Shown here piece by piece: positions 1 through 9,710 of a stretch of 64,000 bases of DNA. The notes under the pieces were generated by a model. That model saw only the letters and a list, made by a program, of their open reading frames with translations. It searched no databases and was not told where the DNA came from. Each line of letters opens with the position of its first letter. The first letter of the stretch is position 1. Source of the stretch: an uncultured Acidobacteriota bacterium (lineage in GTDB: Bacteria; Acidobacteriota; Thermoanaerobaculia; UBA5066). The stretch lies in contig CAVZYA010000002.1 in assembly GCA_963779415.1 (NCBI GenBank), positions 1,248,001 to 1,312,000 of the forward strand. The letters run 5' to 3'. Position numbers and translations under genes: made by a program.

Positions 1-194
1 ACGACTGGAAGCGGACCGGCTACGGCGGCCCCTGCCCCCCGATCGGACGCCACCGCTACTTCCACAAGCTCTACGCCCTCGACACCGTCCTTTCCGATCT
101 CGGGAGGCCGACGAAGGCGAAGCTCCTCGAGGCAATGAAGGGGCACGTCCTCGCCGAGGCGCAGCTGATGGGGACCTACCAGAAGGGGAAGTAG
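1..194 (+). CDS. YbhB/YbcL (PEBP/RKIP-like) protein, 5'-truncated by window edge
   Basis: Frame 3 reads DWKRTGYGGPCPPIGRHRYFHKLYALD...MGTYQKGK*, containing the GYxGPCPP..HRY signature; TAG at 192-194. Confidence 0.9.
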   Translation, partial: DWKRTGYGGPCPPIGRHRYFHKLYALDTVLSDLGRPTKAKLLEAMKGHVLAEAQLMGTYQKGK

Positions 195-247
195 CCGAGA
201 CCAACTCGGCGATCGCAGTTTCATCATGCTGTGAAAACACTCATGGC

Positions 248-496
248 ATGGTGCGGACGCAGATCCAGCTCACCGAGAAGCAGAGCCGGCGAATCAAAGC
301 GGTGGCCCGGAAGCGAAAGCTCTCGATGGTGGCGGTGATTCGGGAGTGCGTTGATGCCGGGCTGAACCGAACTGTGCCGGACCGACGGAAGCTATGGGAC
401 CGGGCGTCCCGATTCGTGGGTGCCTTCTCGGGCCGCGAGGGAAAGAGAGACGTCGCCCGACGTCACGACGACTACCTGGACGAAGCCTACCGGTGA
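248..496 (+). CDS. CopG/RHH-type antitoxin (VapB-like)
   Basis: MVRTQIQLTE...SMVAVIRECVD...VARRHDDYLDEAY; its stop overlaps the GTG of a vapC remnant. Confidence 0.8.
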   Translation: MVRTQIQLTEKQSRRIKAVARKRKLSMVAVIRECVDAGLNRTVPDRRKLWDRASRFVGAFSGREGKRDVARRHDDYLDEAYR

Positions 497-555
497 CGGC
501 CGTCTTCGCCTTCGACCGTCACTTCTTGGACGAGGGCTTCTCGCCGGTACGCTGA
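493..555 (+). pseudogene. PIN/VapC toxin remnant with internal deletion
   Basis: GTG overlapping the antitoxin TGA opens MTAVFAFDRHFLDEGFSPVR*, i.e. a start joined directly to the PIN C-terminal F(A/T)FDxHF..xGF motif. Confidence 0.7.
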
Positions 556-1481
556 GGGCGCGTCAGCGCCACCCGCCGCTCGTCCTTCGACTCTTCCAGC
601 TCCTCGAGGCTCTTCGGCCAGTCGCCTTTGAGGAGGCGCGAGAGGGAGCGGTCGGCGAGGAGCCGGCCCCCGGTCTGGCAGGTGGGGCAGTAGTTCGTTT
701 CGTTCTCCGCGTAAACGATCCTCTGGACGTCGGTGCCACAGACGGGGCAGGGCTTCCGATATTTCCCGTGTACGGCCATCTCCTCCCGGAAGGCGGTGAC
801 CTTCTCCGGGAACGCATCGCCCGTCTCGCGCCGGAGGCGCTCGGTCCACTCGACGAGTGTCTGCCTGGTCGCGTCGAAGAGACGCACGATCTCCTCGTCC
901 GTGAGCTTCCGTGTCAGGGCGATGGGGGAGAGCTTCGCCCGGTGGAGAATCTCGTCGGAGTAGGCGTTGCCGATTCCGGAGAAGAGGCGCGGGTCGGTGA
1001 GCGCGCGCTTCACCGTGTGGTTCTCCATCGTCAGCGCCGTCCGGAACGACGAGAGGTCGGCCTCCGGGACCTCGAGCCCGCCGGGGTCGAGGGCCGCGAG
1101 GGCGTCGAGGCCGTGGACGAGGCGGATCCACGCCCGTTTCTTCGGACTCGCCTCGGTCAGGAGGAGCGTTCCGGCGTCGACGTCGATCGCCGCGAGGCCG
1201 ACCTTCCCGGGGATCGCCGCGGGGCGCGGGCCCGCCTTCCAGCGGAGCCGTCCCGCGATCATCAGGTGAAGGACGAGAAAGAGATCTCCTTCGAGCGCGA
1301 GGACGATCCGCTTCCCCATCCGGCGGACGGCCACGACGCCTCGTCCTTCGGCCTCGGCGAGGGGGGGTGTCACCGACCGGAGGACGAACGGGCTCCGGAG
1401 GCGGACTCGACGGAGCGTTCCGCCGGCGAGTCGGCGGGCGAGATGCTCGACGTAAAGAGTGATATCCGGCAATTCCGGCAT
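519..1481 (-). CDS. fpg: Fpg/Nei family DNA glycosylase/AP lyase
   Basis: N-terminal MPELP, HLMIAG, H2TH motif GIGNAYSDEIL, zinc finger CPVC...CPTCQ. Confidence 0.93.
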   Translation of the reverse strand: MPELPDITLYVEHLARRLAGGTLRRVRLRSPFVLRSVTPPLAEAEGRGVVAVRRMGKRIVLALEGDLFLVLHLMIAGRLRWKAGPRPAAIPGKVGLAAIDVDAGTLLLTEASPKKRAWIRLVHGLDALAALDPGGLEVPEADLSSFRTALTMENHTVKRALTDPRLFSGIGNAYSDEILHRAKLSPIALTRKLTDEEIVRLFDATRQTLVEWTERLRRETGDAFPEKVTAFREEMAVHGKYRKPCPVCGTDVQRIVYAENETNYCPTCQTGGRLLADRSLSRLLKGDWPKSLEELEESKDERRVALTRPQRTGEKPSSKK

Positions 1482-1500
1482 TTCCGGCGAGAATAGACCC

Positions 1501-3081
1501 ATGCCGAAGGCCGTCTTCCGGAAACAGGGCGAAGAGAAGGCCTTCTCCGGCGGCCGGCGGCCGGGCCTCTCGACCGAGCAGCTCACGCGGGGGGTGACCC
1601 GCCTCGGCAACCTCGGTCTTCTCTGCGCGGTCGCCCTGACCTTCCTCTCCGTCGCCGGACGTTTCCTCCTCGCCCGCAGCCCGTCGCCCCCCGTCCTCCC
1701 CCCGGTCCTCCCGTACGCGGAGATTGCCGCCGTCCTGATCTCCCTCGCCGTCTTCGCCTACGCGCGCCGGGAGGACCTCGATCCGGGCGAGGCGCTAGAC
1801 AGGGGTCTTGTCTTCGAGGTCGTCCTCGGCCTTCTGATGTCGGTCATGCATCACTCGTTGTCGTGGGTGGGCAACGCGCCGCCGCGCGGATGGACGCCGG
1901 TCGCGGTCTGGATCATCGTCTTCCCGCTCATGGTGCCGGCCACGCGCGGCAAGTCGACGCTCGCGACCTTCGCGACCGCGGCGATGGACCCGGCCGGCCT
2001 CTTCATCAACGTCGCCGCGGGACTGCCGATGCCCCCTCCCGTCTTCCTCGCGCAGATGTTCCTTCCGACGGTCGTCGCGGTCGGGATCGCCCTCGTCGGG
2101 GCGCGGATCGTCCACGAGCTGCGCGAGGATGCCGGGGCCGTCCCGGAGATGGGGTCGTACCGGCTCGTCTCGCTGATAGGGAAAGGAGGGATGGGCGAGG
2201 TCTGGCGCGCCGACCACCGGCTGCTCGCGCGCCCGGCCGCCATCAAGATCATCCGCCCCGATGGCGCCGGAGGAAAGGAAGCCATCGCGCGGTTCAAGCG
2301 CGAGGCCGAAGCGACCGCGACCCTCAGGTCGCCGCACACCGTCCAGCTCTACGATTTCGGTCTGACGGACGACGGCTGTTTCTTCTCGGTGATGGAGCTT
2401 CTGGACGGCTTCCCGCTGGACGACATGGTCGAGCGGTGGGGACCGATGACGCCGGCGCGGACGGTCCACGTCCTCCTCGGCGTCTGCAAGTCGCTGCGCG
2501 AGGCGCACCGGCTCGGTCTCATCCACCGCGACATCAAGCCGGGAAACATCTTCCTCTGCCGCTCCGGCACCGAGCTGGACCATGTGAAGGTCCTCGACTT
2601 CGGCCTCGTGAAGGAGATCGCGACCGACGTCAGCCTGACGCAGACCGGATTCATCACGGGGACGCCGGGGTTCATGGCGCCGGAGATGGCGCTCGGCCGG
2701 AAGGACCTCGACGGCCGGACGGATCTCTACTCGCTCGCCTGTGTCGGCTTCTACCTCCTGACGGGGGGGCCGGTCTTCGACAAGAAGACGCCGATCGAGA
2801 TCATCATGGACCACGCCAAGACCCCCCCGCCGAGGCCGTCGGAGAAGTCAGGGAAGCCGGTTCCCGAGGGGCTCGAGGACCTCCTGATGGACTGCCTCGC
2901 GAAGGAGCCGAAAGACCGCCCCGAGAGCGCGCGCGAGGTGGAACGCCGTCTCTGGGCGCTCTACCTGCCGGATCTCTGGACGCCGGACATGGCCGAGCGG
3001 TGGTGGTCCGAGCACGTCTCGCCCGTCCTTCCGGGCGCGACGCATCCGGAGTCGCCGCCGACGAAGGTCTCGCCGGCCTGA
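1501..3081 (+). CDS. Membrane-anchored Hanks-type Ser/Thr protein kinase
   Basis: Several N-terminal hydrophobic helices, then GKGGMGEV, AIK, HRDIKPGN, DFG, GTPGFMAPE. Confidence 0.93.
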   Translation: MPKAVFRKQGEEKAFSGGRRPGLSTEQLTRGVTRLGNLGLLCAVALTFLSVAGRFLLARSPSPPVLPPVLPYAEIAAVLISLAVFAYARREDLDPGEALDRGLVFEVVLGLLMSVMHHSLSWVGNAPPRGWTPVAVWIIVFPLMVPATRGKSTLATFATAAMDPAGLFINVAAGLPMPPPVFLAQMFLPTVVAVGIALVGARIVHELREDAGAVPEMGSYRLVSLIGKGGMGEVWRADHRLLARPAAIKIIRPDGAGGKEAIARFKREAEATATLRSPHTVQLYDFGLTDDGCFFSVMELLDGFPLDDMVERWGPMTPARTVHVLLGVCKSLREAHRLGLIHRDIKPGNIFLCRSGTELDHVKVLDFGLVKEIATDVSLTQTGFITGTPGFMAPEMALGRKDLDGRTDLYSLACVGFYLLTGGPVFDKKTPIEIIMDHAKTPPPRPSEKSGKPVPEGLEDLLMDCLAKEPKDRPESAREVERRLWALYLPDLWTPDMAERWWSEHVSPVLPGATHPESPPTKVSPA

Positions 3082-3094
3082 CGGAGAGCGGGCG

Positions 3095-3754
3095 ATGTGC
3101 GGCCGCTACTACTTCTTCACGCCCGCCGACATCGTGGCGGGGCGCTTCGGCCTCGCCGCGAGTCCGGCGCTTCGCCCCCGTTTCAACATCGCGCCGCAGT
3201 CCGAGGCCCCGGTCATCCTCGTCGGAGAAGGAACCCGGCGTCTCGTGGCGATGCGCTGGGGGCTCGTCCCCTCCTGGTCGAAGGACCCGGCGTCGGCCTA
3301 CAGGATGATCAACGCCCGCGCCGAGACCGCGCCCGCAAAGCCGAGCTTCCGCGGCCCCTTCCGCCGGCAGCGCGCTCTCGTCCCCGCCGACGGCTTCTAC
3401 GAGTGGAAGCGGGAGGGGGAGACGAAGCGCCCCTTCGCCCTCCGTCTCGCCTCGAAGGAGCCGTTCGCGATGGCGGGGCTCTGGGACCGTTGGAAGACAC
3501 CCGACGGGGGCGAGCTTCTCTCCTTCACGATACTGACGACCTCGGCAAACCCTCTCGTCTCACAGGTCCACGACCGGATGCCCGTCATCCTCCCGCGCGA
3601 AGCGGAGGGGGCATGGCTCGACCCGACGGAGAGCGAGACCGCCCTCAAGTCCCTCCTCGTCCCCTACGCCGGGGAGATGGAAGCGGTCCCGATCGGGAAG
3701 GCCGTCAACAACCCCCGCAACGACGGGCCGGAGCTGCTGACGTCGGTCGCGTGA
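3095..3754 (+). CDS. SOS response-associated peptidase (SRAP/YedK/HMCES family)
   Basis: MCGRY N-terminus, RFNIAP, RWGLVP, NARAET, GFYEW, HDRMPVIL. Confidence 0.95.
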   Translation: MCGRYYFFTPADIVAGRFGLAASPALRPRFNIAPQSEAPVILVGEGTRRLVAMRWGLVPSWSKDPASAYRMINARAETAPAKPSFRGPFRRQRALVPADGFYEWKREGETKRPFALRLASKEPFAMAGLWDRWKTPDGGELLSFTILTTSANPLVSQVHDRMPVILPREAEGAWLDPTESETALKSLLVPYAGEMEAVPIGKAVNNPRNDGPELLTSVA

Positions 3755-3793
3755 CGGCCCCGGCCGGGAGGCGTCCCGGCCGAGGGTCCCATC

Positions 3794-5884
3794 CTAGAGC
3801 TTCGAGGCGGTGCCGTCGCCGTTGTTCGCGACCCAGATGCTGGTCCCGTCGAAGGCCACGCCCTGGGGCGCCGCGCCGACGCTGAACGTGCCCAGGTTCG
3901 CCCCGTCGCTGGCCTGGACCTTCGTGACGTCCTTCGTGTTGCTGTTTGCGACCCAGATGCTGGTCCCGTCGAACGCCACGCCATACGGGCTGGATCCCAC
4001 GGGAAACGTCCCGAGATTCGCCCCGTCGCTGGCGCGGAGCTTCGTGACGGTGTTGTCGCCGCTGTTCGTCACCCAGACGTTGGCTCCGTCGAAGGCCACG
4101 CCGCGGGGGCCGGCGCCGACGCTGAAGGTCCCCAGGGACGCCCCGTCGCCGGCGCGGAGCTTCGTGACGGTATTGTCGCCGTTGTTCGTCACCCAGACGC
4201 TCGCTCCGTCGAAGGCCACTCCGAAGGGATACGAGCCGACGGAAAACGCCCCGAGATTCGTCCCATCGGCCGCCCGGAGCCTCGTGACGCTGTTTCCCTG
4301 CCGGTTGGCGACCCAGATGTTGGCTCCGTCGAAGGCCACGCCGTACGGGTACGAAGCGACGGAATACGTCCCGAGGACCGTCCCGTCGGAGGCCCTGAGC
4401 TTCGTGACGTTCTTGCTGCCCGCGTTCACGACCCAGATGTTGGCTCCGTCGAAGGCCACACCGCCCGGGGACGACCCGACGGGAAACGTCCCGAGGTTCA
4501 GTCCGTCACTGGCCCTGAGCTTCGTGACGTTGTTGCCGCCGGAGTTCGTCACCCAGACGTTCGATCCGTCGAAGGCCATGCCTGCCGGGTTCGTCCCCGC
4601 GACGAACGTCAGTCCGGTCAGATTGGCCGGATACCACTTGAGGAGAGCGACCTGGAGCGGGTTGGCCGCGACCGACGCGGGCGCCGCGCTCGCGATCGTC
4701 AGCGTATTGCCGGAGGTCGTGAGCGTGACGTTCGATCCGGCCGCGAGCGTCACGGCGTCCGCGAGGCCGTTGAGGGTCTTGACGACCTGCCCCGAGGCGA
4801 TCGCGGCCGCCGTGACGGCGCCGGCGGCGATCTTCGGCGGCGTGACGGCGCTGGCGGAGAGCTCGCTTGCGGTGACGCCTCCGGCGGCGATGCCGAGCGT
4901 CACGTTCCCCGAGACTCCGCCTCCCGTCAGACCCGTTCCCGCCGTGACGCCCGTGATGCCACCCGAGCCCCCGCCCGTCGCCGCGATCGTCAGCATGTTG
5001 CCCGAAGACGAGAGGGTGACGTTCGCACCGGCGGCGAGCGTCACAGCGCCCGTGAGGCCGTTGAAGCTGGTGACGCCGGCCGACCCGGCCAGAAGGGAGT
5101 CCGGAAACGACATCTCGAAAGACGAGGTGTCGTTGGAGCCGTTTGCGACCTGGGCCCCGTAGAGGACGACCCTTCCGGTGCCGCCCGTGACCGTGGCCGA
5201 AAGGAGGGCGTTCGTCGTCGCGAGCCCCGGGACGACGTCCGCGACGCTGTACTGCAGCGCCTCCCTCGCGCCGATGGCGTAGTCCTTGGTGCCGAGCGTC
5301 CGGCCGGACGGATCCTCCAGGCTGACGTGGACGGTCGCGGAGACGGGATCGACGTTCACGAGGCCGAAGTTGTAGCGGAAGTTCTCGGCGCCCTGCGTGA
5401 CGCCCTGGAGCTGGGTCACCTCGCCGGGGCCGATCGCGAAGTCGGCCCGGATGCCGTTGAAGGACGCCCCCTGACCGTCCTCGATCTTCCCGCTCGCGGG
5501 GAGGTTGAACGTGCGCGCGGAGACGAACAAGGGCCCCGGGGCCGTGATGCGGACGGCCCCGCTCACCCCCGAAAGGCCATAGAACGACTCGACGACGTTC
5601 TCGTAACGCCGCGTCTCGCCGGCGGCGAGGGTGTCGGAGAAGGTCCGGGGCGTCATGTTCGTCTGGTCGCGCTGGTAGAACGCCGCGTCGAAGGCGAGGG
5701 GCTGTGGCGACAGGTTCGTGATCCAGATCGTGGAGTACCACTCGCTGTCGAAGCTGCCGGGGGACCGGGACACGGCGGGGACGAGGACGTCCGTGCCGGA
5801 GAAGCCGGCGGCGACGGGCGGGGCGTCGATGGCCAAGGCGATAGCGATGGCGAGAGCCACCAGGGAAGGCCGCGAGTGGCGCAT
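3794..5884 (-). CDS. Secreted protein: N-terminal beta domain, Gly/Ala-rich spacer, C-terminal YVTN/YncE-like beta-propeller
   Basis: Signal peptide MRHSRPSLVALAIAIALA; seven ~40-aa repeats of the form GVAFDGANIWVxNxxxNxVTKLRASDG; start placed at ATG 5884. Confidence 0.8.
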   Translation of the reverse strand: MRHSRPSLVALAIAIALAIDAPPVAAGFSGTDVLVPAVSRSPGSFDSEWYSTIWITNLSPQPLAFDAAFYQRDQTNMTPRTFSDTLAAGETRRYENVVESFYGLSGVSGAVRITAPGPLFVSARTFNLPASGKIEDGQGASFNGIRADFAIGPGEVTQLQGVTQGAENFRYNFGLVNVDPVSATVHVSLEDPSGRTLGTKDYAIGAREALQYSVADVVPGLATTNALLSATVTGGTGRVVLYGAQVANGSNDTSSFEMSFPDSLLAGSAGVTSFNGLTGAVTLAAGANVTLSSSGNMLTIAATGGGSGGITGVTAGTGLTGGGVSGNVTLGIAAGGVTASELSASAVTPPKIAAGAVTAAAIASGQVVKTLNGLADAVTLAAGSNVTLTTSGNTLTIASAAPASVAANPLQVALLKWYPANLTGLTFVAGTNPAGMAFDGSNVWVTNSGGNNVTKLRASDGLNLGTFPVGSSPGGVAFDGANIWVVNAGSKNVTKLRASDGTVLGTYSVASYPYGVAFDGANIWVANRQGNSVTRLRAADGTNLGAFSVGSYPFGVAFDGASVWVTNNGDNTVTKLRAGDGASLGTFSVGAGPRGVAFDGANVWVTNSGDNTVTKLRASDGANLGTFPVGSSPYGVAFDGTSIWVANSNTKDVTKVQASDGANLGTFSVGAAPQGVAFDGTSIWVANNGDGTASKL

Positions 5885-5984
5885 GAGTCTCTCCTCGACG
5901 TCGGTCGCGATTCCGACGGCCGGATACCGCCTCACAATGGTAGACCAGCCCCCGGCCGGTCCCGGCACGCCGCCGGACCGGCCG

Positions 5985-7212
5985 TCACGCCCCCGGGAGC
6001 GGCGGGGGGAGACGGGGCCGGAGTCGTCCACGTTTGCGACTTCGACGCGGTTGCGGCCCCGCCGCTTGGCCCGGTAGAGGGCGTGGTCGGCGGCGCGGAC
6101 GAGGGCCTCGGCGGAGCTCGGCTCGCCGGCCTCCATCGCCGCGACGCCGAAGCTCGACGTGATGGAGAGAGGAGGCGCCTCGGCCGGGCGGATCTCTTCC
6201 GCCGCGAGGCCGGCGCGAAGGCGCTCGGCGAGAACGGCGGCCTCGGCGCGCCCGCAGTCGGGAAGGGCGACGAGAAACTCCTCTCCCCCCAGCGCCCGAC
6301 GGCGTCGTGGGGCCGGACGAGTGCCTGAAGCCGCCGGGCCGTCTCGTAGAGCGCGCGGTCGCCGGCGTGATGGCCGTACGCATCGTTGATGTCCTTGAAC
6401 CAGTCGAGGTCGGCGATGACGACGGCGAAGGCGCTCTCCTGGTGGCGGGCGCGGCGAAGCCCGCGCTCCACGACGTCGAGGATGGCGGAGCGGTTCCATA
6501 GACCGGTGACGGTGTCGCGCGTCGCCTGCACGTGCAGCGCCTCGCGCGACTCCTCGAGCTGGCGCGTCTTCTGGTCCAGCTCGCGGACGAGGTCACGTGC
6601 CGTCCGGAAGAGAAGTGCGATGCGGAGCCGGAGCCGGTCGGCCGACCGTGCGGAAACCGCGACGTAGAGGCAGACACACCAGATGAGGAGAGCCTTGAGG
6701 AGGCCGATCCTCCAGTCGACGGAGTAGCCGGCCGCCGAGCGAAGGCCGAGAAGAGCGACCCAGAAGGCCGTCCCGATCTGTCCGAAGAGAAAGACGTGTC
6801 CGCTCCCGCGTGACGCCTGGTTCGCGACATGCGCCATCGGGAGGAAGAAAAAGAGGCTCGCCTCGGCGCCGGTCAGCCAGATGACGGCGCCGACCGGGAT
6901 GAAGTCGAGAGCGAGGAACGCGAGTCCCGTCCACCGGACGGCACGTCCCGGCGGCGGGATGCGGACGAGAAGCGACGAAGAGGCCGCGTAAAGAAGGGAG
7001 AAGAGCGCGAAGAGGGCGATCTGGGAACCGGGCGGCGCGCCGCCGGTCCCGCGGCTCACCGCCATCAGCGCGGCGAGCAGGAGGTACCCGATGGCCCGCA
7101 GGCGGGGAATCTCGACGCGCCAGAGGTGTCCCTCGCGCTCCTGCGCGCGAAGCTCCGCCTTCCGGGGATCGAGCTCGAGCTGGGGCTGCTGTTCCGTCAC
7201 GCCGTCGTCCAC
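5985..7212 (-). CDS. Membrane-bound GGDEF diguanylate cyclase, frameshifted in this sequence
   Basis: TM helices, DTVTGLWNR, DLDWFKDINDAYGHHAGD; RWG|GEEF is split across frames at a C6 run (~6285); 3' end uncertain (possible second slip at a G6 run ~6005). Confidence 0.85.
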
Positions 7213-7328
7213 CGAAGGAAGGATATCCGGTGGGAGGAGCGTGCCTTACGTCCGGGGCTTCCCGGTTCCGGAATCGCCTCGTGCGGGAAGGGGGAACGGG
7301 TGACGGTCCGGACGTACACTTTCGACCC

Positions 7329-7850
7329 GTGAAGCGTCGTCTCGCCGCGGTCCTCATCGTCTCCTTCGCTCTCGCCGGCTGCGCGTCGGCACCCCCGTCG
7401 GCAGCCTCGGCGCGCCTCCGCTCCCTCGTCCTCGTCGAAGCGTCGGGGGGAAGCCCCGAGACCGAGACGTTCGTCTCGCGGTTCCTCTTCGTCCTCTCGG
7501 AGGCGGGGCTCGGAAACGTCGCGGACGCCCGCCTCGGCGGAGCGAGGATCGAGATGTTGAAAGAGGCCGCCTCTCCCGAGGCCGTCCGGTTCCGCGAGCG
7601 TTATCCGGGCGACGGGTACGTCGGGCTGAGGCTCGACCCCTGCGGGTACACGGGGCCGGGGAGCGGGATCACCTGCACGGTCTTCGTCGTCCTGATCTCG
7701 CCCGACGGGAAGGAGACGGCGCACTTCGACTCCTCCGGCTCGAACTCGAGCGTGGTCACCGACGGGAGCGAGGACGGTCCGGAGGCGAGAGCCTCCCGCG
7801 TCGCGGCGGAGAAGGCGGCGAAAAAGCTCCTCACGCTCCTCGCGAGATGA
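7329..7850 (+). CDS. Putative lipoprotein
   Basis: GTG start, MKRRLAAVLIVSFALAGC lipobox; TACACT 8 nt upstream. Confidence 0.7.
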   Translation: MKRRLAAVLIVSFALAGCASAPPSAASARLRSLVLVEASGGSPETETFVSRFLFVLSEAGLGNVADARLGGARIEMLKEAASPEAVRFRERYPGDGYVGLRLDPCGYTGPGSGITCTVFVVLISPDGKETAHFDSSGSNSSVVTDGSEDGPEARASRVAAEKAAKKLLTLLAR

Positions 7851-7943
7851 ACCGCCGCGCGAAAGCATCCCTTTTTCCCTGAGTCATTTGAATCATCGCC
7901 TCGGAATCGCATCGCGGAGAGACTCTGCGGCCGGAGGTTTTCC

Positions 7944-9710
7944 ATGCCTTCCAGCCAGATTACGCTCGGCGTCGTCGGCTCCGGTGGCGACGGCGTCATC
8001 ACGGTGGGTGAAATGATCGCCCAGGCGGCCGCGAGCGAAGGTCTCGACGTCATCAAGACGGAGGCTTACGGCCCGCAGATCCGGGGCGGCGAGTCGTCGT
8101 GCACGGTGAGGATCAGCCAGACCCCGATCGAGGCGCAGGCCGACGTCGTGGACGTCATGGTCATCTTCAACTGGCCCGACTACAACCGCTTCAAGGGCGA
8201 GATGGTGCCGGCCCAGGACGCCGTGATCCTCTACGAGGCGTCGGACCCGACGCCCGTTCCGGAAGGGATCTCCCCGAAGGGCCTCAAGGTCGCGGTGCCG
8301 TTCGTGGAGCTCGCGACGAAATTCGCCGGGACGAAGGCGGCGAAGAACATCGTCACCCTCGGCCTCCTCGCGGGCCTCTTCGGACTCCCCGAGAAGCGTA
8401 TCCGGGCCGCCATCGAGAGAAAGTTCAGCAAGAAGAAGGCCGGGCTTCTCGAGGCGAACGTGAAGGGCTTCGAGGCCGGCATCGAGTACGGAAAGACGGT
8501 CGGCAGCGGCGCGGAGGCGAAGAGGCTCACGTACAAGCCGGGCCCCGCGAGGGTCCTTCTCTCGGGGAACGAAGCGGCCGCCATCGGTGCCCTCCACGCG
8601 GGCTGCCGGTTCTTCTCCGGTTATCCGATCACCCCCTCTTCCGAGATCCTCCACTTCCTCTCGGAGTGGATGCCGAGGGTCGGGGGAGCGATCGTCCAGA
8701 CGGAGGACGAGCTGGCGGCCATCGGCGCCGTCGTCGGAGCGTCCTTCGCCGGCGTGAAGGCGATGACGGCCACCTCCGGACCCGGCCTCTCGCTGATGAC
8801 CGAGACGCTCGGCCTCTCGTCCATCGCCGAGATCCCGGCGGTCATCTTCAACGTCCAGCGGGGCGGACCCTCGACGGGCATCCCGACGAAGAGCGAGCAG
8901 AGCGATCTCTTCCAGGCCGTCTTCGCCGGGCACGGTGACGCGCCGCGCGTCGTCCTTTCCTGCGAGGACGTGAAGAGCTGCTTCCACGCCACCGTGGACG
9001 CCTTCAACATCGCCGAGGAGTACCAGGTCCCCGTCATCGTCCTGTCGGACCAGGGGATCGGCCAACGGCGCGAGACGGTGAAGATGGAGACCCTCGTCCA
9101 CGAAGTGGTGGACCGGCGCGTTCCGACGGCCGAGGAGATGAAGGGCTACAACCGCTACAAGGAGACCGCCGACGGCATCTCGCCGATGTCGACCCCCGGG
9201 ATGAAGGAGGGAATCTACCAGACGAACGGCCTCGAGCACGACGAGGCGGGGCGTCCGAGCGCGGGGTTCCTCCTTCACGAGCGGATGAACGCCAAGCGGT
9301 ACCGGAAGCTCCGCCCCATCCGCGACAAGAACTCGAAGTTCCTCCGGATCGGGCCCGAGCAGGCCGATCTCGGCATCCTCTGCTGGGGCTCGTCCAAGGG
9401 GCCGGTCTGGGAGGCCGTCACGGCCGCCAACGCGAAGGGCCAGAAGGTGGCCGCCTTCGTCCCGCAGATGCTCTATCCGTTTCCGACCGAACCCTTCAAG
9501 GCATTTCTTGCCGGCGTGAAGGAAGTTCTCGTGATGGAGATCTCCTACGCCGCCCAGTTCTACAAGTACCTCCGAACCTTCCTCGACCTGCCGAGCAATG
9601 TCCACGTCTTCAAGCGGTCGGGCGGGATCAATCTGACCGTTCCTGAGGTCGAGGGGCAGATCAAGAAGCTCCTCGCAGAGATGCACACACGCCAGGAGGT
9701 GCTGATGTGA
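7944..9710 (+). CDS. korA: 2-oxoacid:ferredoxin oxidoreductase, alpha subunit (gamma-alpha fusion)
   Basis: GSGGDG, YGPQIRGG, YPITP, EDELAA, TSGPG, QRGGPSTG; substrate specificity not determinable. Confidence 0.92.
   Translation: MPSSQITLGVVGSGGDGVITVGEMIAQAAASEGLDVIKTEAYGPQIRGGESSCTVRISQTPIEAQADVVDVMVIFNWPDYNRFKGEMVPAQDAVILYEASDPTPVPEGISPKGLKVAVPFVELATKFAGTKAAKNIVTLGLLAGLFGLPEKRIRAAIERKFSKKKAGLLEANVKGFEAGIEYGKTVGSGAEAKRLTYKPGPARVLLSGNEAAAIGALHAGCRFFSGYPITPSSEILHFLSEWMPRVGGAIVQTEDELAAIGAVVGASFAGVKAMTATSGPGLSLMTETLGLSSIAEIPAVIFNVQRGGPSTGIPTKSEQSDLFQAVFAGHGDAPRVVLSCEDVKSCFHATVDAFNIAEEYQVPVIVLSDQGIGQRRETVKMETLVHEVVDRRVPTAEEMKGYNRYKETADGISPMSTPGMKEGIYQTNGLEHDEAGRPSAGFLLHERMNAKRYRKLRPIRDKNSKFLRIGPEQADLGILCWGSSKGPVWEAVTAANAKGQKVAAFVPQMLYPFPTEPFKAFLAGVKEVLVMEISYAAQFYKYLRTFLDLPSNVHVFKRSGGINLTVPEVEGQIKKLLAEMHTRQEVLM

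Noticed and set aside
3794-4600. 120-bp periodic repeats as a non-coding array
   Set aside because: Explained by beta-propeller blades in the minus-strand protein
3794-7212. GGDEF-to-beta-propeller fusion implied by ORF 3794..6499
   Set aside because: A signal peptide with its own ATG starts at 5884; the read-through is better explained by a homopolymer indel near 6005
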